Made by a program: the position numbers and the translations under genes. DNA of 64,000 nt, taken from the NCBI GenBank assembly GCA_963813035.1, contig CAWEXJ010000002.1, positions 2,426,756 through 2,490,755 of the forward strand. Reading direction: 5' to 3'. Below are positions 54,288-63,920 of the stretch, piece after piece. Positions within the stretch are counted from its first letter, which is position 1. The number at the start of each line of letters is the position of its first letter. The notes under the pieces are model-generated. The model did not search any database. It saw nothing but the letters and a program-made list of their open reading frames with translations, and was not told where the DNA came from. Origin of the DNA: an uncultured Solirubrobacteraceae bacterium (GTDB lineage: Bacteria; Actinomycetota; Thermoleophilia; Solirubrobacterales; Solirubrobacteraceae).

Positions 54288-57200
54288 TCAGGCGAGAGCG
54301 GCCATCTCAACGTCCTGCGGCGCCTCGGCGGGCAGGCGCCGCGAGAGCACCTTCGACACGCCATCGCCGCCCATCGATACGCCGAACAGCCAGTCCGCGG
54401 CCTCCATCGTGCGCTTCTGGTGGGTGATGACGATGAACTGGGCCCGGCCGGAGTAGCGGCGCAGCAGAGCCAGGAAGCGGTCCAGGTTGAGGTCGTCCAG
54501 CGCGGCCTCGACCTCGTCCAGGATGTAGAAGGGGCAGGGCCGGGCCAGGAATACCGCGAACAGGAACGCCAAGGCGGTCATCGACTTCTCGCCGCCGGAG
54601 AGAAGCGTCAGGCGCTTGCTCGACTTGCCCGCCGGCGTGATCTCGATCTCTACCCCGGGCAACTGCTCTTCCTGGGGGTTCTCGGCCTCCGCCTCGGCCT
54701 CGGCGGCCTGCTCGATGGCCTCCTCGCGGTCCTCGTCCGCCCCCGCAGGCAACGGCTGTCCGCCCAGGACCGCCCTCGGCGTCTGCTCTTCTTCGACCAG
54801 CCGCAGCTGGCCCGAGCCTCCGGGGAAGACGTCGCCGACCAGTTCCTGGAAGTTCTTGGCGGCCGCCTGGAAGGTCTGCTCGAAGGTCTCGGCGATCTGC
54901 CGGTCGGTCTCGCGGATCAGCGTACGCAGCTCACGTAGCGCCGTCTCCAGGTCGGCGCGCTGGGTCTCGAGCTCCTCGACGTGGGCGATCGCCGCGGCGT
55001 ACTCGTCCTGTGCCAGCGGGTTGACCGGGCCGAGCTGCTCGCGCCTGCGCATCAGGCGCTCGACCCGCGACGCGAGCTCGGCCAGCTCGCTCTCGCCCAG
55101 CGGCGGGCGCTCCTGCTCGTCCTCGCCCGGCTCGTGCCCGAGGCGCCCGGCGACCGTGCTCGCCTCGAGCTCCGCCTCAGCCGCCTGGTCGCGCAGGCGC
55201 TGAGCCGCCACCTCGGCCTCCGTGACGCGCTCGCCGGCAAGGCGCAGGCGGCTCTGTATCTCCGCCTCCCGGGAGGCATACTCGCGTAGGCGGCTGGTCA
55301 TCTGCTCGCCCGCCTGACGTTCCCCGTCGAGCTCGGCCTGCAGTGTCCCCACTCGTTCGCGCACGGAGGCGCCGGCTGCCGCGATCGCTTCGCCGAGCCG
55401 CTCCGCGGCGGGCGCCAGTGCGAGATCGGACTCGCGCTGGGCGCGCAGCCGTGCGATCCGCGCCCGGCGGCTCTGGAGCTCGGCGGCGAGCTGCTCGGCC
55501 TGTCTGCGCTCGGCGGCCAGCTCGCCTTCGAGCTCGGCCTTGCGGACTGCCAGCGGACCCTCGGCGGGCGCCGAGCGACGCTGCCCCAGCAACCACTCGC
55601 TGCGCCGCACGGCCTCCTGAGCCTCCGCACGCCGGCGCTCGCCGTCACGCAGTTCATCGTCAGCCTGGGCGCGGCCCGCTTCAGCGCTCCGCACGAGCGC
55701 CGTGGAGTTCTCGGCGAGCGCCCTGGCCGCATGCTCGGCCTGCGCCGCACGCTCGACCTCGGCCACCAGCCGGTCGCGTTCGTTGCGCCGGGCCAGGACC
55801 AGCTCGGTGCCCCCCTCACTGAGCTGGCGCACCTCTCCCCAGGCGGCAAACCAGACGCGCCCGGAGCGTGTGGCAGCGATCCCCGAGAATGACGGCGAGA
55901 GGTCCTCCAGGCGCTCGACGACCCATGCGTCGGCGAGCAGCCTGTGCGCGAGCGCCAGCACCTCCGCGGGCCCACTCAGCATGTCGCTCAGCCGCCGTGC
56001 GCCGGGCGCGGGGAGGACCCCATCAGGCGCCGGGTTCGCCGCGGCCTGCCCGCGGGAGAGCAGCGCGCTGCCGCCTTCGGGCCCCGAGCGGTCCAACACC
56101 CGCTGGGCACCGGGAACGTCCTCCACGACCGCGGCGTCCAGCCGGCCGCCGAGAGCGGCCGCCAGGGCGAGCTCATAGCCGTCCTCGATCCGCAGCTCCT
56201 CGCTCAAAGGCCGCGGTGCATCGGCGTGCTCGCCGGCCACACCGAGATGACTGCGCAGGAACTGGTTGGCCGCCGCCAGCTCGGCACCCACCCGCGCCGC
56301 CTCGCGACGCGCTCCGTGCACCTCGCGCTCCGCCGCCGCCAGCTGCTCGCGGGCCTTTGCCGCCTCGCCGTCGGCCTGCTCGCGCGCCGCTGCCAGCTCC
56401 CCGGTCTGCTGTTCGCATGAGGCCAGCTGTTCGCGCTGGGAGACGAGCGCGGACTCCAGCTCGCGCAGCTCGTCCTCGAGCTGCTCGGAGCGGCGCTCCT
56501 CGATCTCGGCCAGCTCGGCCGCTAGCGCCGCCAGGCGGTCACCTGACGCCTCATCGCGCGCGCCATCTCCATCGGGGTCCGAGCGCGTCAGCTCCGCCAG
56601 CTCGGCCTCGGCGCGCTCGATCCGGCGCGCCAGGCGCTCGCCGTCCGCAGCGACCTGCTCCGCCCGCAGGCTCAGGCGCTCGGCGGCCGAGCGCCCCTCA
56701 TAGACGCGGCGGGCCAGGGCGTCGTGGCGCTCGGCTCGCTCGGAGAGAGCGCGCTCTGCCTCGCCACGGCGCTCCACTACCTCCTGCAGGCCCGCCTCGA
56801 TCTCGCCCCGCGCAGATCGTGCCGCGGCGACCTGACGCTCGGCCGCAGCCAGGCCGAGGCGCCGCGCGCGCAGCAGGTCGCGTGCCAGCAGCCAGCGGGC
56901 TTCGAGGATCTGGCGCTCGAGGCGCTCATGCAGCTCGGCCGCTTCGGCCTGACGCTTGAGCGGGCGCAGCCGTGTGCGGGCCTCACGCTCAATGTCTAGC
57001 GCGCGGTCCAGGTTCTCCTGCGTGCGTTCGAGCTTCAGCTGGGCGCGGCGGCGGCGCTTGCGGTGCTTGCCCAGGCCCGCCGCCTCCTCGATCAGCAGGC
57101 GCCGCTCCCGCGGCTTGGAGGTGACGATCGCCTCGACCCGTCCCTGGGAGATGACCGAGTGGGTCTCCTTGCCGAGCCCGGTGTCGGAGAGCACCTCGAT

Positions 57201-57572
57201 CACGTCTGTCAGGCGGCATCGCGCCCCGTTCAGGCGGTAGCCGCCCTCGCCGTTGCGATCGAGGCGGCGCACGATCGAGATCTCCGACAGCGGCAGATCG
57301 ACCGTGCCGTCGGAGTTGTCCAGCACGATCTCCACCTCGGCCGCCGTTCGCGCCTGCACCCCGCGCCCGCCGCCGAAGATGACGTCCTGCATCGACTGCC
57401 CCCGGATCGCGAGCGGGGACTGCTCGCCCATGGCCCACAGGACCGCGTCGGTGACGTTCGACTTGCCCGACCCGTTGGGCCCGACGACCACGCTCACCCC
57501 CTCGCCGAACTCCAGGTGGGTGCGCGATGGGAAGGACTTGAAGCCGTCCATCGTGACCGACTTGAGCCTCAA
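54288..57572 (-). CDS. smc: chromosome segregation protein SMC
   Basis: N-terminal GPNGSGKSN Walker A, long coiled coils, C-terminal LSGGEKSMTALAF signature and Walker B FYILDEVEAALD. A TTG start at 57572 gives MRLKSVTMDGFKSF and is preceded by GAGAGGA. Confidence 0.93.
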   Translation of the reverse strand: MRLKSVTMDGFKSFPSRTHLEFGEGVSVVVGPNGSGKSNVTDAVLWAMGEQSPLAIRGQSMQDVIFGGGRGVQARTAAEVEIVLDNSDGTVDLPLSEISIVRRLDRNGEGGYRLNGARCRLTDVIEVLSDTGLGKETHSVISQGRVEAIVTSKPRERRLLIEEAAGLGKHRKRRRRAQLKLERTQENLDRALDIEREARTRLRPLKRQAEAAELHERLERQILEARWLLARDLLRARRLGLAAAERQVAAARSARGEIEAGLQEVVERRGEAERALSERAERHDALARRVYEGRSAAERLSLRAEQVAADGERLARRIERAEAELAELTRSDPDGDGARDEASGDRLAALAAELAEIEERRSEQLEDELRELESALVSQREQLASCEQQTGELAAAREQADGEAAKAREQLAAAEREVHGARREAARVGAELAAANQFLRSHLGVAGEHADAPRPLSEELRIEDGYELALAAALGGRLDAAVVEDVPGAQRVLDRSGPEGGSALLSRGQAAANPAPDGVLPAPGARRLSDMLSGPAEVLALAHRLLADAWVVERLEDLSPSFSGIAATRSGRVWFAAWGEVRQLSEGGTELVLARRNERDRLVAEVERAAQAEHAARALAENSTALVRSAEAGRAQADDELRDGERRRAEAQEAVRRSEWLLGQRRSAPAEGPLAVRKAELEGELAAERRQAEQLAAELQSRRARIARLRAQRESDLALAPAAERLGEAIAAAGASVRERVGTLQAELDGERQAGEQMTSRLREYASREAEIQSRLRLAGERVTEAEVAAQRLRDQAAEAELEASTVAGRLGHEPGEDEQERPPLGESELAELASRVERLMRRREQLGPVNPLAQDEYAAAIAHVEELETQRADLETALRELRTLIRETDRQIAETFEQTFQAAAKNFQELVGDVFPGGSGQLRLVEEEQTPRAVLGGQPLPAGADEDREEAIEQAAEAEAEAENPQEEQLPGVEIEITPAGKSSKRLTLLSGGEKSMTALAFLFAVFLARPCPFYILDEVEAALDDLNLDRFLALLRRYSGRAQFIVITHQKRTMEAADWLFGVSMGGDGVSKVLSRRLPAEAPQDVEMAALA

Positions 57573-57591
57573 GGGAGATCCTCTCGACGGT

Positions 57592-58266
57592 TCATGACTC
57601 GCTCGCCAGCCGGTCCACGGCGACCCGTGCAGCCTCCTGCTCGGCGTGCTTCTTGCTGCGCCCCGTGCCGGTGCCCAGCTCGCGTCCGTCCACCTGGGCG
57701 GCAACCGAGTAGATCCGCTCGTGCGGCGGCCCCTGCTCGCCCGTCACCTCGTAGGTGACCTCCGCGCCCTTGCGCGCCAGGAGCTCCTGCAGCGCGGACT
57801 TGAAGTCCACGGGATTCGACAGCGCGTCCTCGATCTCCGGCGCGAACGCCTCCACGACCGCCTCGGCCGAGCGCTCGTAGCCGGCATGCAGATAGCAGGC
57901 GCCGATCACCGCCTCGATCACCGACGCCAGCACCCGCTCGGTTTCGATCAATGCCGCCGCGCTCTCGCGCACCCCCTCCGGCGCTGCCGCGCGAAGGCGT
58001 GCCGGCAACTCCAGGCGCACCGCCACCGCGCGGCAGGAGACGCCCGAGACCGCCTGTGCGCGGATCTTCGTCAGCCGCCCGGCACCGAACCGCTCCGCCT
58101 CCAGGCGCGGATAGAGGTAGGTGGTCACGGCCAGCGCCAGCACGCTGTCGCCGAGAAAGGCCAGGCGCGAATAGGAGTCCCCGCGCCGCTCGCTCCAGGA
58201 GGCGTGGGTGAACACCTGGCGCGCCAGATCCTCCGGGAGCTCCTCCAGCAGGTCTGCCAGCAGCAT
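57592..58266 (-). CDS. rnc: ribonuclease III
   Basis: SYSRLAFLGDSVLALAV signature and a C-terminal dsRBD (GPPHERIY...GRSKKHAEQEAA). Confidence 0.93.
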   Translation of the reverse strand: MLLADLLEELPEDLARQVFTHASWSERRGDSYSRLAFLGDSVLALAVTTYLYPRLEAERFGAGRLTKIRAQAVSGVSCRAVAVRLELPARLRAAAPEGVRESAAALIETERVLASVIEAVIGACYLHAGYERSAEAVVEAFAPEIEDALSNPVDFKSALQELLARKGAEVTYEVTGEQGPPHERIYSVAAQVDGRELGTGTGRSKKHAEQEAARVAVDRLASES

Positions 58267-58283
58267 CCTCGTCTCCTACCCGG

Positions 58284-58559
58284 CTAGGCGTGCTCGGGCT
58301 CATCCAGCGCGGGGTCGTGGGCGAGCACGAAGTCCACGGCCGCGCCGACGGTCAGGATCCTCGCCGCCTGCTCGTCGGACATCTGCACGCCATAGGTGTC
58401 CTCGAGCTCCTGCACGAGCGTGTAGAGGTCCAGCGAGTCGGCCTCGAGGTCCTCCTTGAAGCGTGTCTGCTCGGTGATCACGGACGCGTCCAGGTCGAGC
58501 TCGTCGGCCAGGTGCGCGCGAATCAGATCGAGTACGTGCTCGCGCGTCAGGGAGGTCAT
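58284..58559 (-). CDS. acpP: acyl carrier protein
   Basis: EDLEADSLDLYTLV phosphopantetheine attachment motif (DSL). 91 aa. Confidence 0.9.
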   Translation of the reverse strand: MTSLTREHVLDLIRAHLADELDLDASVITEQTRFKEDLEADSLDLYTLVQELEDTYGVQMSDEQAARILTVGAAVDFVLAHDPALDEPEHA

Positions 58560-59647
58560 TGGCGCAGGCTAACGTCAGCCGCGGACGCCGGGGGCAGGCG
58601 CAGGGCACCCGCCTGCGAGAGCGCCTGGCGGGTCTGCCCGACGAGGTTCTCAGAGGCGCCCAGCCGGGCTCTCAGGATCGCCTGGGCGAAGCCGCGGCGA
58701 CCGAAGCGCCCGTGCGGGACGACTCCCAGTCGGCGCAGCCCCAGCAGGTAGGCCCCGCCGGCGGCCTCCGGGTCGATCTCCGCCCTGAGCCCGCCCAGCG
58801 ATCCTTTCAGCAGCACCCCGCCCAGCTTGCCGCGGGCCGAGGAGAGGGCCGCTTCGCGAATCGCGGCGAGGATCGTCTGGGAGACGCCCTCCATCAGCTT
58901 GAGGGCGATGTTGCCCGTCAGCCCGTCGGTCACGACGACATCGGCGCGGCCGCTCACGAGGTCCCCGCCCTCGACGTTGCCCACGAACTCGAAGGCCTCG
59001 ATCCCCCTAGCGGCGCGCTGGCGCAGCTCCGCCCCCGTGTCGAGCAGCAGGGCACCTCCGCGCGCCTGCTCCTCGCCGTTGGAGAGCAGGCCCACCCGCG
59101 GGCGCTGGACGCCGAGGACGATCCGCGACAGCGCGGCCCCCATGAAGGCGAACTGGACGAGATGCTCGCGCCGGGCCTCGGTGTTCGCACCGACGTCGAG
59201 CAGCGTCACCGGATGGCGCGGCACCGGCAGCGGTATCGCCAGTGCAGGGCGATAGATGCCGCGGTCCCGCTTGATGTTGAAGGTCCCCGCCGCCACCGCG
59301 GCCCCCGTCCCGCCCGCGCAGACGAGCGCCTGGGCGCGGCCCTCGGCCACGGCCCTCGCGGCCAGCACGATCGAGGCCTGCGGGTTCGCGCGAACGGCCC
59401 GCGCCGGGTCGCTCTCCTTGGCGATCGACAGCGGCGCGTCCACGATCTCGACTCCCGGGCCGGCCTCGCCGAGCTCGGCGGCCGGACCGAACAGGATCAC
59501 GCGGGCGCCCTCGGCCACCGCCAGGGCCGCTCCGGCGGCCACCTCGGCAGGCCCCAGATCGGCGCCGTTGCAGTCGACGGCGACCACGGGATCGCCGCTC
59601 CCCGCTCCTCCATCCGGAGGGAAGGCAGGCACGGCCTCTGCAGTCAC
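58556..59647 (-). CDS. plsX: phosphate acyltransferase PlsX
   Basis: VAVDCNGADLGP, GNVEGGD and VVTDGLTGNIALK. Confidence 0.92.
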   Translation of the reverse strand: MTAEAVPAFPPDGGAGSGDPVVAVDCNGADLGPAEVAAGAALAVAEGARVILFGPAAELGEAGPGVEIVDAPLSIAKESDPARAVRANPQASIVLAARAVAEGRAQALVCAGGTGAAVAAGTFNIKRDRGIYRPALAIPLPVPRHPVTLLDVGANTEARREHLVQFAFMGAALSRIVLGVQRPRVGLLSNGEEQARGGALLLDTGAELRQRAARGIEAFEFVGNVEGGDLVSGRADVVVTDGLTGNIALKLMEGVSQTILAAIREAALSSARGKLGGVLLKGSLGGLRAEIDPEAAGGAYLLGLRRLGVVPHGRFGRRGFAQAILRARLGASENLVGQTRQALSQAGALRLPPASAADVSLRQ

Positions 59648-59653
59648 TGCCCG

Positions 59654-59863
59654 CTAGGCGTGGTCGTGATCGTGATCGTGCCCGTGGGAGACGGGCGCGA
59701 TTATCTCTCGGCCGGCGTAGGTGCCGCACACGGGGCAGACCCGGTGCGGACGGCGCGGGCTGTGGCACTGCGGGCAGCTGTTGAGCCCGGGCGGCGAGAT
59801 CTTGTGTTGGGCACGCCGCTTGGCGGTGCGGCTGTGGCTCTGCTTTTTCTTGGGGACGGCCAT
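59654..59863 (-). CDS. rpmF: 50S ribosomal protein L32 (Cys4 zinc-ribbon form) with His/Asp-rich C-terminal tail
   Basis: MAVPKKKQSHSR start, CPQC...CPVC, tail SHGHDHDHDHA. Confidence 0.93.
   Translation of the reverse strand: MAVPKKKQSHSRTAKRRAQHKISPPGLNSCPQCHSPRRPHRVCPVCGTYAGREIIAPVSHGHDHDHDHA
59660..59680. repeat. hexanucleotide (GTGATC-type) microrepeat encoding the L32 HDHDHDH tail
   Basis: The + strand reads gtg gtc gtg atc gtg atc gtg. Confidence 0.85.
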
Positions 59864-59920
59864 GCGGCAAGGAAGGGTAACAGCCCGCGCCCGGAGAGCC
59901 TGCGCCGCGCCATGTGGGCG

Positions 59921-60439
59921 CTACTCCAGGCGAAGCTCGCGCAGCTTGGCCCAGCGGGGGTCGGGCTCCTGTTCGTGCCCGTGGCCGGGGGGCGGATCGT
60001 TCAGGTCGGCCGCGCAGATCGGGCACAGGCCCGCGCAGTCCTCACGGCAGAGGATCTTGGCCGGCATGGCCAGTGCCAGAGCGTCGTGCGCCCAGGCCGC
60101 CAGGTCAAGCTTCTCCTTGCTCACGTAGGGGCTCTGCAGCTCTTCGCCTTCGCTCGGCCGGTCCACCTCGCGGACGTCCACCTCGACCTCGGGCTCGGCA
60201 GGCTTCAGACAGCGCATGCACGGCCCGGCGATGGAGGCGGTGAAGCGCAGGTGCAGGGCGTATCCGCCGCCCGTCATGCGCGAGACTTCGAGCAGCACCG
60301 GCACCTCGGCGGGCCGCGCGTCGTAGCGCTCGCCGCCCAGCTCGAGGCCCTCGGCGGGAACCCGCAGCTGAAGGCGTCGTCCCTCGCCGGCGCTCAGGCG
60401 CATGCTCGCCAGGTCGAGCTCAGCGGTGATCGGGCCCAT
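59921..60439 (-). CDS. yceD: YceD/DUF177 family protein
   Basis: Acidic ~170-aa protein with C-terminal CREDCAGLCPICAADLN, immediately upstream of rpmF. Confidence 0.85.
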   Translation of the reverse strand: MGPITAELDLASMRLSAGEGRRLQLRVPAEGLELGGERYDARPAEVPVLLEVSRMTGGGYALHLRFTASIAGPCMRCLKPAEPEVEVDVREVDRPSEGEELQSPYVSKEKLDLAAWAHDALALAMPAKILCREDCAGLCPICAADLNDPPPGHGHEQEPDPRWAKLRELRLE

Positions 60440-60492
60440 CGCCTCAGGCTAGCGTCGCCCGGGATGGCGCGGGGAGCTGCGCCGGCCTCTGC

Positions 60493-61818
60493 TTGACTGC
60501 CCGCGTGCCCTCCCCCGCCGAGCCCCAGCAGCCGCGCAGGCGCAGCCGCGGGGCGCTGGCTCTCGGCCGGCTGGCCGTCGACGTCTCGCCTCTGCGCGCC
60601 TCGCGTGACTTCCGCCTGCTGGCGCTCGGGAACTTCATCACCGGCCTGGGCACACAGGCGACACTCGTGGCGCTCCCCTACGAGGTCTTTGTCGAGACCC
60701 GCTCACCGCTGCTGACCGGCCTGCTGGGTGCCGTCGAGCTGGCGCCGATCGCGACCATGTCGCTCTACGGCGGCGCCCTGGCGGACCGCATGGACCGGCG
60801 CCGTCTGCTGCTGCTCGACCAGCTGGCGCTCGTCGTGATCTCGGCTGGGTTGAGCGCCGGGGCCTTCGCCGGGCATCCACCGCTGGCGCTGCTCTACGTG
60901 CTGGCCGCGCTGCTGGCGGGCTTCAGCGCGATCCAGAACGTGGCGCGCAGCTCGATCGTGGCGAACGTGGTCGCCCCCGAGCAGCTGCGCGGGGCGCTGG
61001 CGCTGAACTTCGGCCTCTACCAGCTGACGATGGTCCTGGGGCCGACCCTGGGCGGGATCCTGATCGCCGTGGCGGGGATCGGCACCGCGTATCTGATCGA
61101 CGCGCTCAGCTGCCTGGGGATGGTCGCCGCGGTCGTGGCGATGGCGCCCCAGCGGCCCCACGGAGAGTCCCAGGAGCGCGGAGGGATCGCCTCATCGATC
61201 CGCGAGGGCCTGCGCTTCGTGCGCTCCGAGCGGGCCCTGATGGGCTCCTTCGGAATCGACCTGGCGGCAATGACCTTCGGTATGCCGCGGACGCTCTTTC
61301 CGGTCCTCTCGCTGACCGTCTACCACACCGGTGCGGCGGGCACCGGCGCCCTGTTCGCGGCCGTCTCGGCGGGCGCCACCCTCGCGGCCGTCACGACCGG
61401 CTGGCTGACCCACGCCCGGCGTCTGGGTCTGGTGGTCATCTGGGCCGTCCTGGCCTGGGGCGCGGCAATCGCGCTGGCGGGCCTCGTGACGAGCCTCTGG
61501 GCCGCGATGGCCCTGCTGGCGCTAGCGGGCGCCGCGGACAGCGTCAGCGCCGTCTGCCGCTCGACGATCAACCAGACCGTCACACCGGACGCCATGCGCG
61601 GGCGCATGTCCGCCGTCTTCTCGCTGGTCGTCACCAGCGGCCCGCGTCTGGGAGATATCGAGTCCGGCGCCGTCGCATCGCTGGCCACGCCGCGCTTCTC
61701 GGTGCTCTCGGGCGGCGTCGGCTGTGTCCTCGCCGCGCTGGTGCTGGCACGGGCCTTCCCGGCCCTGCTGCGCTACGACGCCGAGCAGGCGGTCGCGCTC
61801 AGGCCAGTTCGCGCTTGA
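60493..61818 (+). CDS. MFS transporter (EntS/MFS_3-like)
   Basis: About 12 TM segments, FRLLALGNFITGLGTQ and GGALADRMDRRRLL. TTG start is uncertain (GTG 60505 is an alternative). Confidence 0.85.
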   Translation: MTARVPSPAEPQQPRRRSRGALALGRLAVDVSPLRASRDFRLLALGNFITGLGTQATLVALPYEVFVETRSPLLTGLLGAVELAPIATMSLYGGALADRMDRRRLLLLDQLALVVISAGLSAGAFAGHPPLALLYVLAALLAGFSAIQNVARSSIVANVVAPEQLRGALALNFGLYQLTMVLGPTLGGILIAVAGIGTAYLIDALSCLGMVAAVVAMAPQRPHGESQERGGIASSIREGLRFVRSERALMGSFGIDLAAMTFGMPRTLFPVLSLTVYHTGAAGTGALFAAVSAGATLAAVTTGWLTHARRLGLVVIWAVLAWGAAIALAGLVTSLWAAMALLALAGAADSVSAVCRSTINQTVTPDAMRGRMSAVFSLVVTSGPRLGDIESGAVASLATPRFSVLSGGVGCVLAALVLARAFPALLRYDAEQAVALRPVRA

Positions 61819-63403
61819 GGATCTTGCCCGTGGCGTTGCGGGGCAGCTGCTCGAGGAAGACCACTTCGCGCGGGACCTTGTAGCGCGCCAGGTTCTGCTT
61901 GACGTAGTCCTTGATCTCGGCCTCGTCCAGATCGCTGCCCGGGCGCGGCACGATGAAGGCCTTCAGGCGCTGACCGAACTCCGCGTCGCTCACGCCCACG
62001 ACTGCCGCCTCTTCGACGCCGGCGTGATCGGAGAGCAGATCTTCGACCTCCCGCGGGAACACGTTCTCGCCGCCGCTGACGATCATTTCATCGTCCCGGC
62101 CGTCAACGAACAGGCGTCCCGCCGAGTCGAGGTGGCCAACGTCCCCGGTGCTCATGAGCCCTTCGATGATCTCCTTGTTGCCACCGCCCGTGTATCCCTC
62201 GAACATCATCTCGTTGGCCACGAAGATCCGTCCGCTCTGACCCTGCGTCACCTCGTGCCCTTGCTCGTCCAGCAGCTTGACGACGGTTCCCCGCGGCGCC
62301 AGCCCGGCGGTGCCAGGGGCGGCGCGCAGGTCTGCGGGCGTGGCGATCGTCGCCCAGGCGACCTCGGTCGAGCCATAGAGGTTGTAGAGGACCTCGCCGA
62401 AGGCATCCATGGCACGGGTCGCCAGTTCGCCCGGGAGGGCCGAGCCACTCAGCGAGATGACCCGTAGCGCCGAGAGGTCGTAGCGGGAGATCACCTCCGG
62501 CCCCAGGTCCATGATCCGCTGCAGCATCACCGGCACCAGAGCCAGGACGCTCGAGCGGGTCTGCGCCACGGCCCGAAGCGTCTCCTCGGGGTCGAACTTG
62601 CGTCGCAGCACCAGTGTCGAGCCCAGCGGCAGCGCGAGGGTGAAGTGCGCGAACCCCCAGGAGTGGAACATGGGGGCGGCGATCATCGTCGTCTCGCGGG
62701 CGCGCAGGGGGATCTTCGAGAACAGGGATGCGACGGGCTCGAGCGAGTCGGGCTGCTTGCGCGCGGCACCCTTGGGCGTCCCGGTGGTCCCCGAGGTGAG
62801 GATCACCACGCGGCCCTTCTCAGAGGGAGGCTCGAGCTCGCTCGGATCGCCCTGCGCGATCAGCTCCTCCAGCAGCGGCTCCTCGGCCGGGCCCGGTGTC
62901 TCCTGCCAGGCGATGAACCGTTTGCGCTCCTGCGCACCGGTGGCCACGAGCGCGGCGAACTCCTCGTCGTAGACGACCGCCACGGGTTCCTCCCGAGCCA
63001 GGACGTCGGTGATCTGGGGCGCGGCGAAGGCTGTGTTGAGGTAGAGCGCGTTGGCCCCGAGCTTCGAGCATGCGACGGTGATGTCGATGAAGCCGCGGTG
63101 GTTGCGGCACATGATCGCCACGCCGTCGCCCTGGCGGACGCCGGCCCGGCCGAGGGCGCGGGCGAGCGCATTGGTACGCCGCTGCACCTCGGCGAACGTC
63201 AGCGTGCCGCGCTCGTCGCAGATCGCCAGGCGCTCGGGGTAGCGGATCGCGGAGCCGAGATAGGCGGCGGCAGGCGTTGGCCCCCAGCGCTGGATGGCGA
63301 GCGCCGAGCGAAGCGCCTTGTCGGGGCGGATCGGCTCGATCATCCCCGTGGCGAGGAGCGTTTGCGCGACGAACAGCTTGTGTCTGGCCTCGGCCGCGTT
63401 CAC
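61799..63403 (-). CDS. AMP-dependent acyl-CoA synthetase/ligase
   Basis: ILTSGTTGTPKGA AMP-binding motif, YGSTE, GDVG and KILKREL. The 3' end overlaps the MFS gene by 20 nt. Confidence 0.92.
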   Translation of the reverse strand: MNAAEARHKLFVAQTLLATGMIEPIRPDKALRSALAIQRWGPTPAAAYLGSAIRYPERLAICDERGTLTFAEVQRRTNALARALGRAGVRQGDGVAIMCRNHRGFIDITVACSKLGANALYLNTAFAAPQITDVLAREEPVAVVYDEEFAALVATGAQERKRFIAWQETPGPAEEPLLEELIAQGDPSELEPPSEKGRVVILTSGTTGTPKGAARKQPDSLEPVASLFSKIPLRARETTMIAAPMFHSWGFAHFTLALPLGSTLVLRRKFDPEETLRAVAQTRSSVLALVPVMLQRIMDLGPEVISRYDLSALRVISLSGSALPGELATRAMDAFGEVLYNLYGSTEVAWATIATPADLRAAPGTAGLAPRGTVVKLLDEQGHEVTQGQSGRIFVANEMMFEGYTGGGNKEIIEGLMSTGDVGHLDSAGRLFVDGRDDEMIVSGGENVFPREVEDLLSDHAGVEEAAVVGVSDAEFGQRLKAFIVPRPGSDLDEAEIKDYVKQNLARYKVPREVVFLEQLPRNATGKILKRELA

Positions 63404-63455
63404 GGGCAGACCCTAGCCAATGCGATCGGCCGTGCGTGCCTGTGCGAGGGCGGCG

Positions 63456-63920
63456 TCAGCCGACCTCGGCGGGCTCATCCTTGCCCTGCAGCCGCTCGCG
63501 TCCGCGCTGGACGGCGGCAATGAACTTCGAAAGATTGACCTCGAGCGTGTTGAGGATCTCGTCGGCGTAGTCCTCTGCGCCGAGGCGGATCTCGCGCTCG
63601 CGTGCCCGCGCGTCCTCGACGATGTCCTCGGCGGCCCGCTCGGCCTGCTTGGTGACCTCCTCATCTCCCACGAGGCGCTCCTGCCGGTCACGGGCATCCT
63701 TGATGATCCGCTCGGCCTCCTTCTTGGCCTCGGCGAGCATCTCCTGGCGCTCCTTGACGATCCAGCGTGCCTGCTTGATCTCCTCGGGGATCGTGGCGCG
63801 CATCTGATCAAGGATGTCGTAGATCTCCTCCTTGTCGACCCGCACCTGATCGGTCATGGGCACGCTTTTGGCGTTGTGCACCAAGTCGTCGAGCTTGTCT
63901 ATGAGAACCAGGACATCCAT
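63456..63920 (-). CDS. conserved coiled-coil protein (ATPase subunit b/H-like annotation class), function unknown
   Basis: MDVLVLIDKLDDLVHNAKSVPMTDQVRVDKEEIYDILDQMRATIPEEIKQARWI, followed by a charged coiled coil. ATG 63920 is preceded by GGAGGTG. Confidence 0.7.
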   Translation of the reverse strand: MDVLVLIDKLDDLVHNAKSVPMTDQVRVDKEEIYDILDQMRATIPEEIKQARWIVKERQEMLAEAKKEAERIIKDARDRQERLVGDEEVTKQAERAAEDIVEDARAREREIRLGAEDYADEILNTLEVNLSKFIAAVQRGRERLQGKDEPAEVG

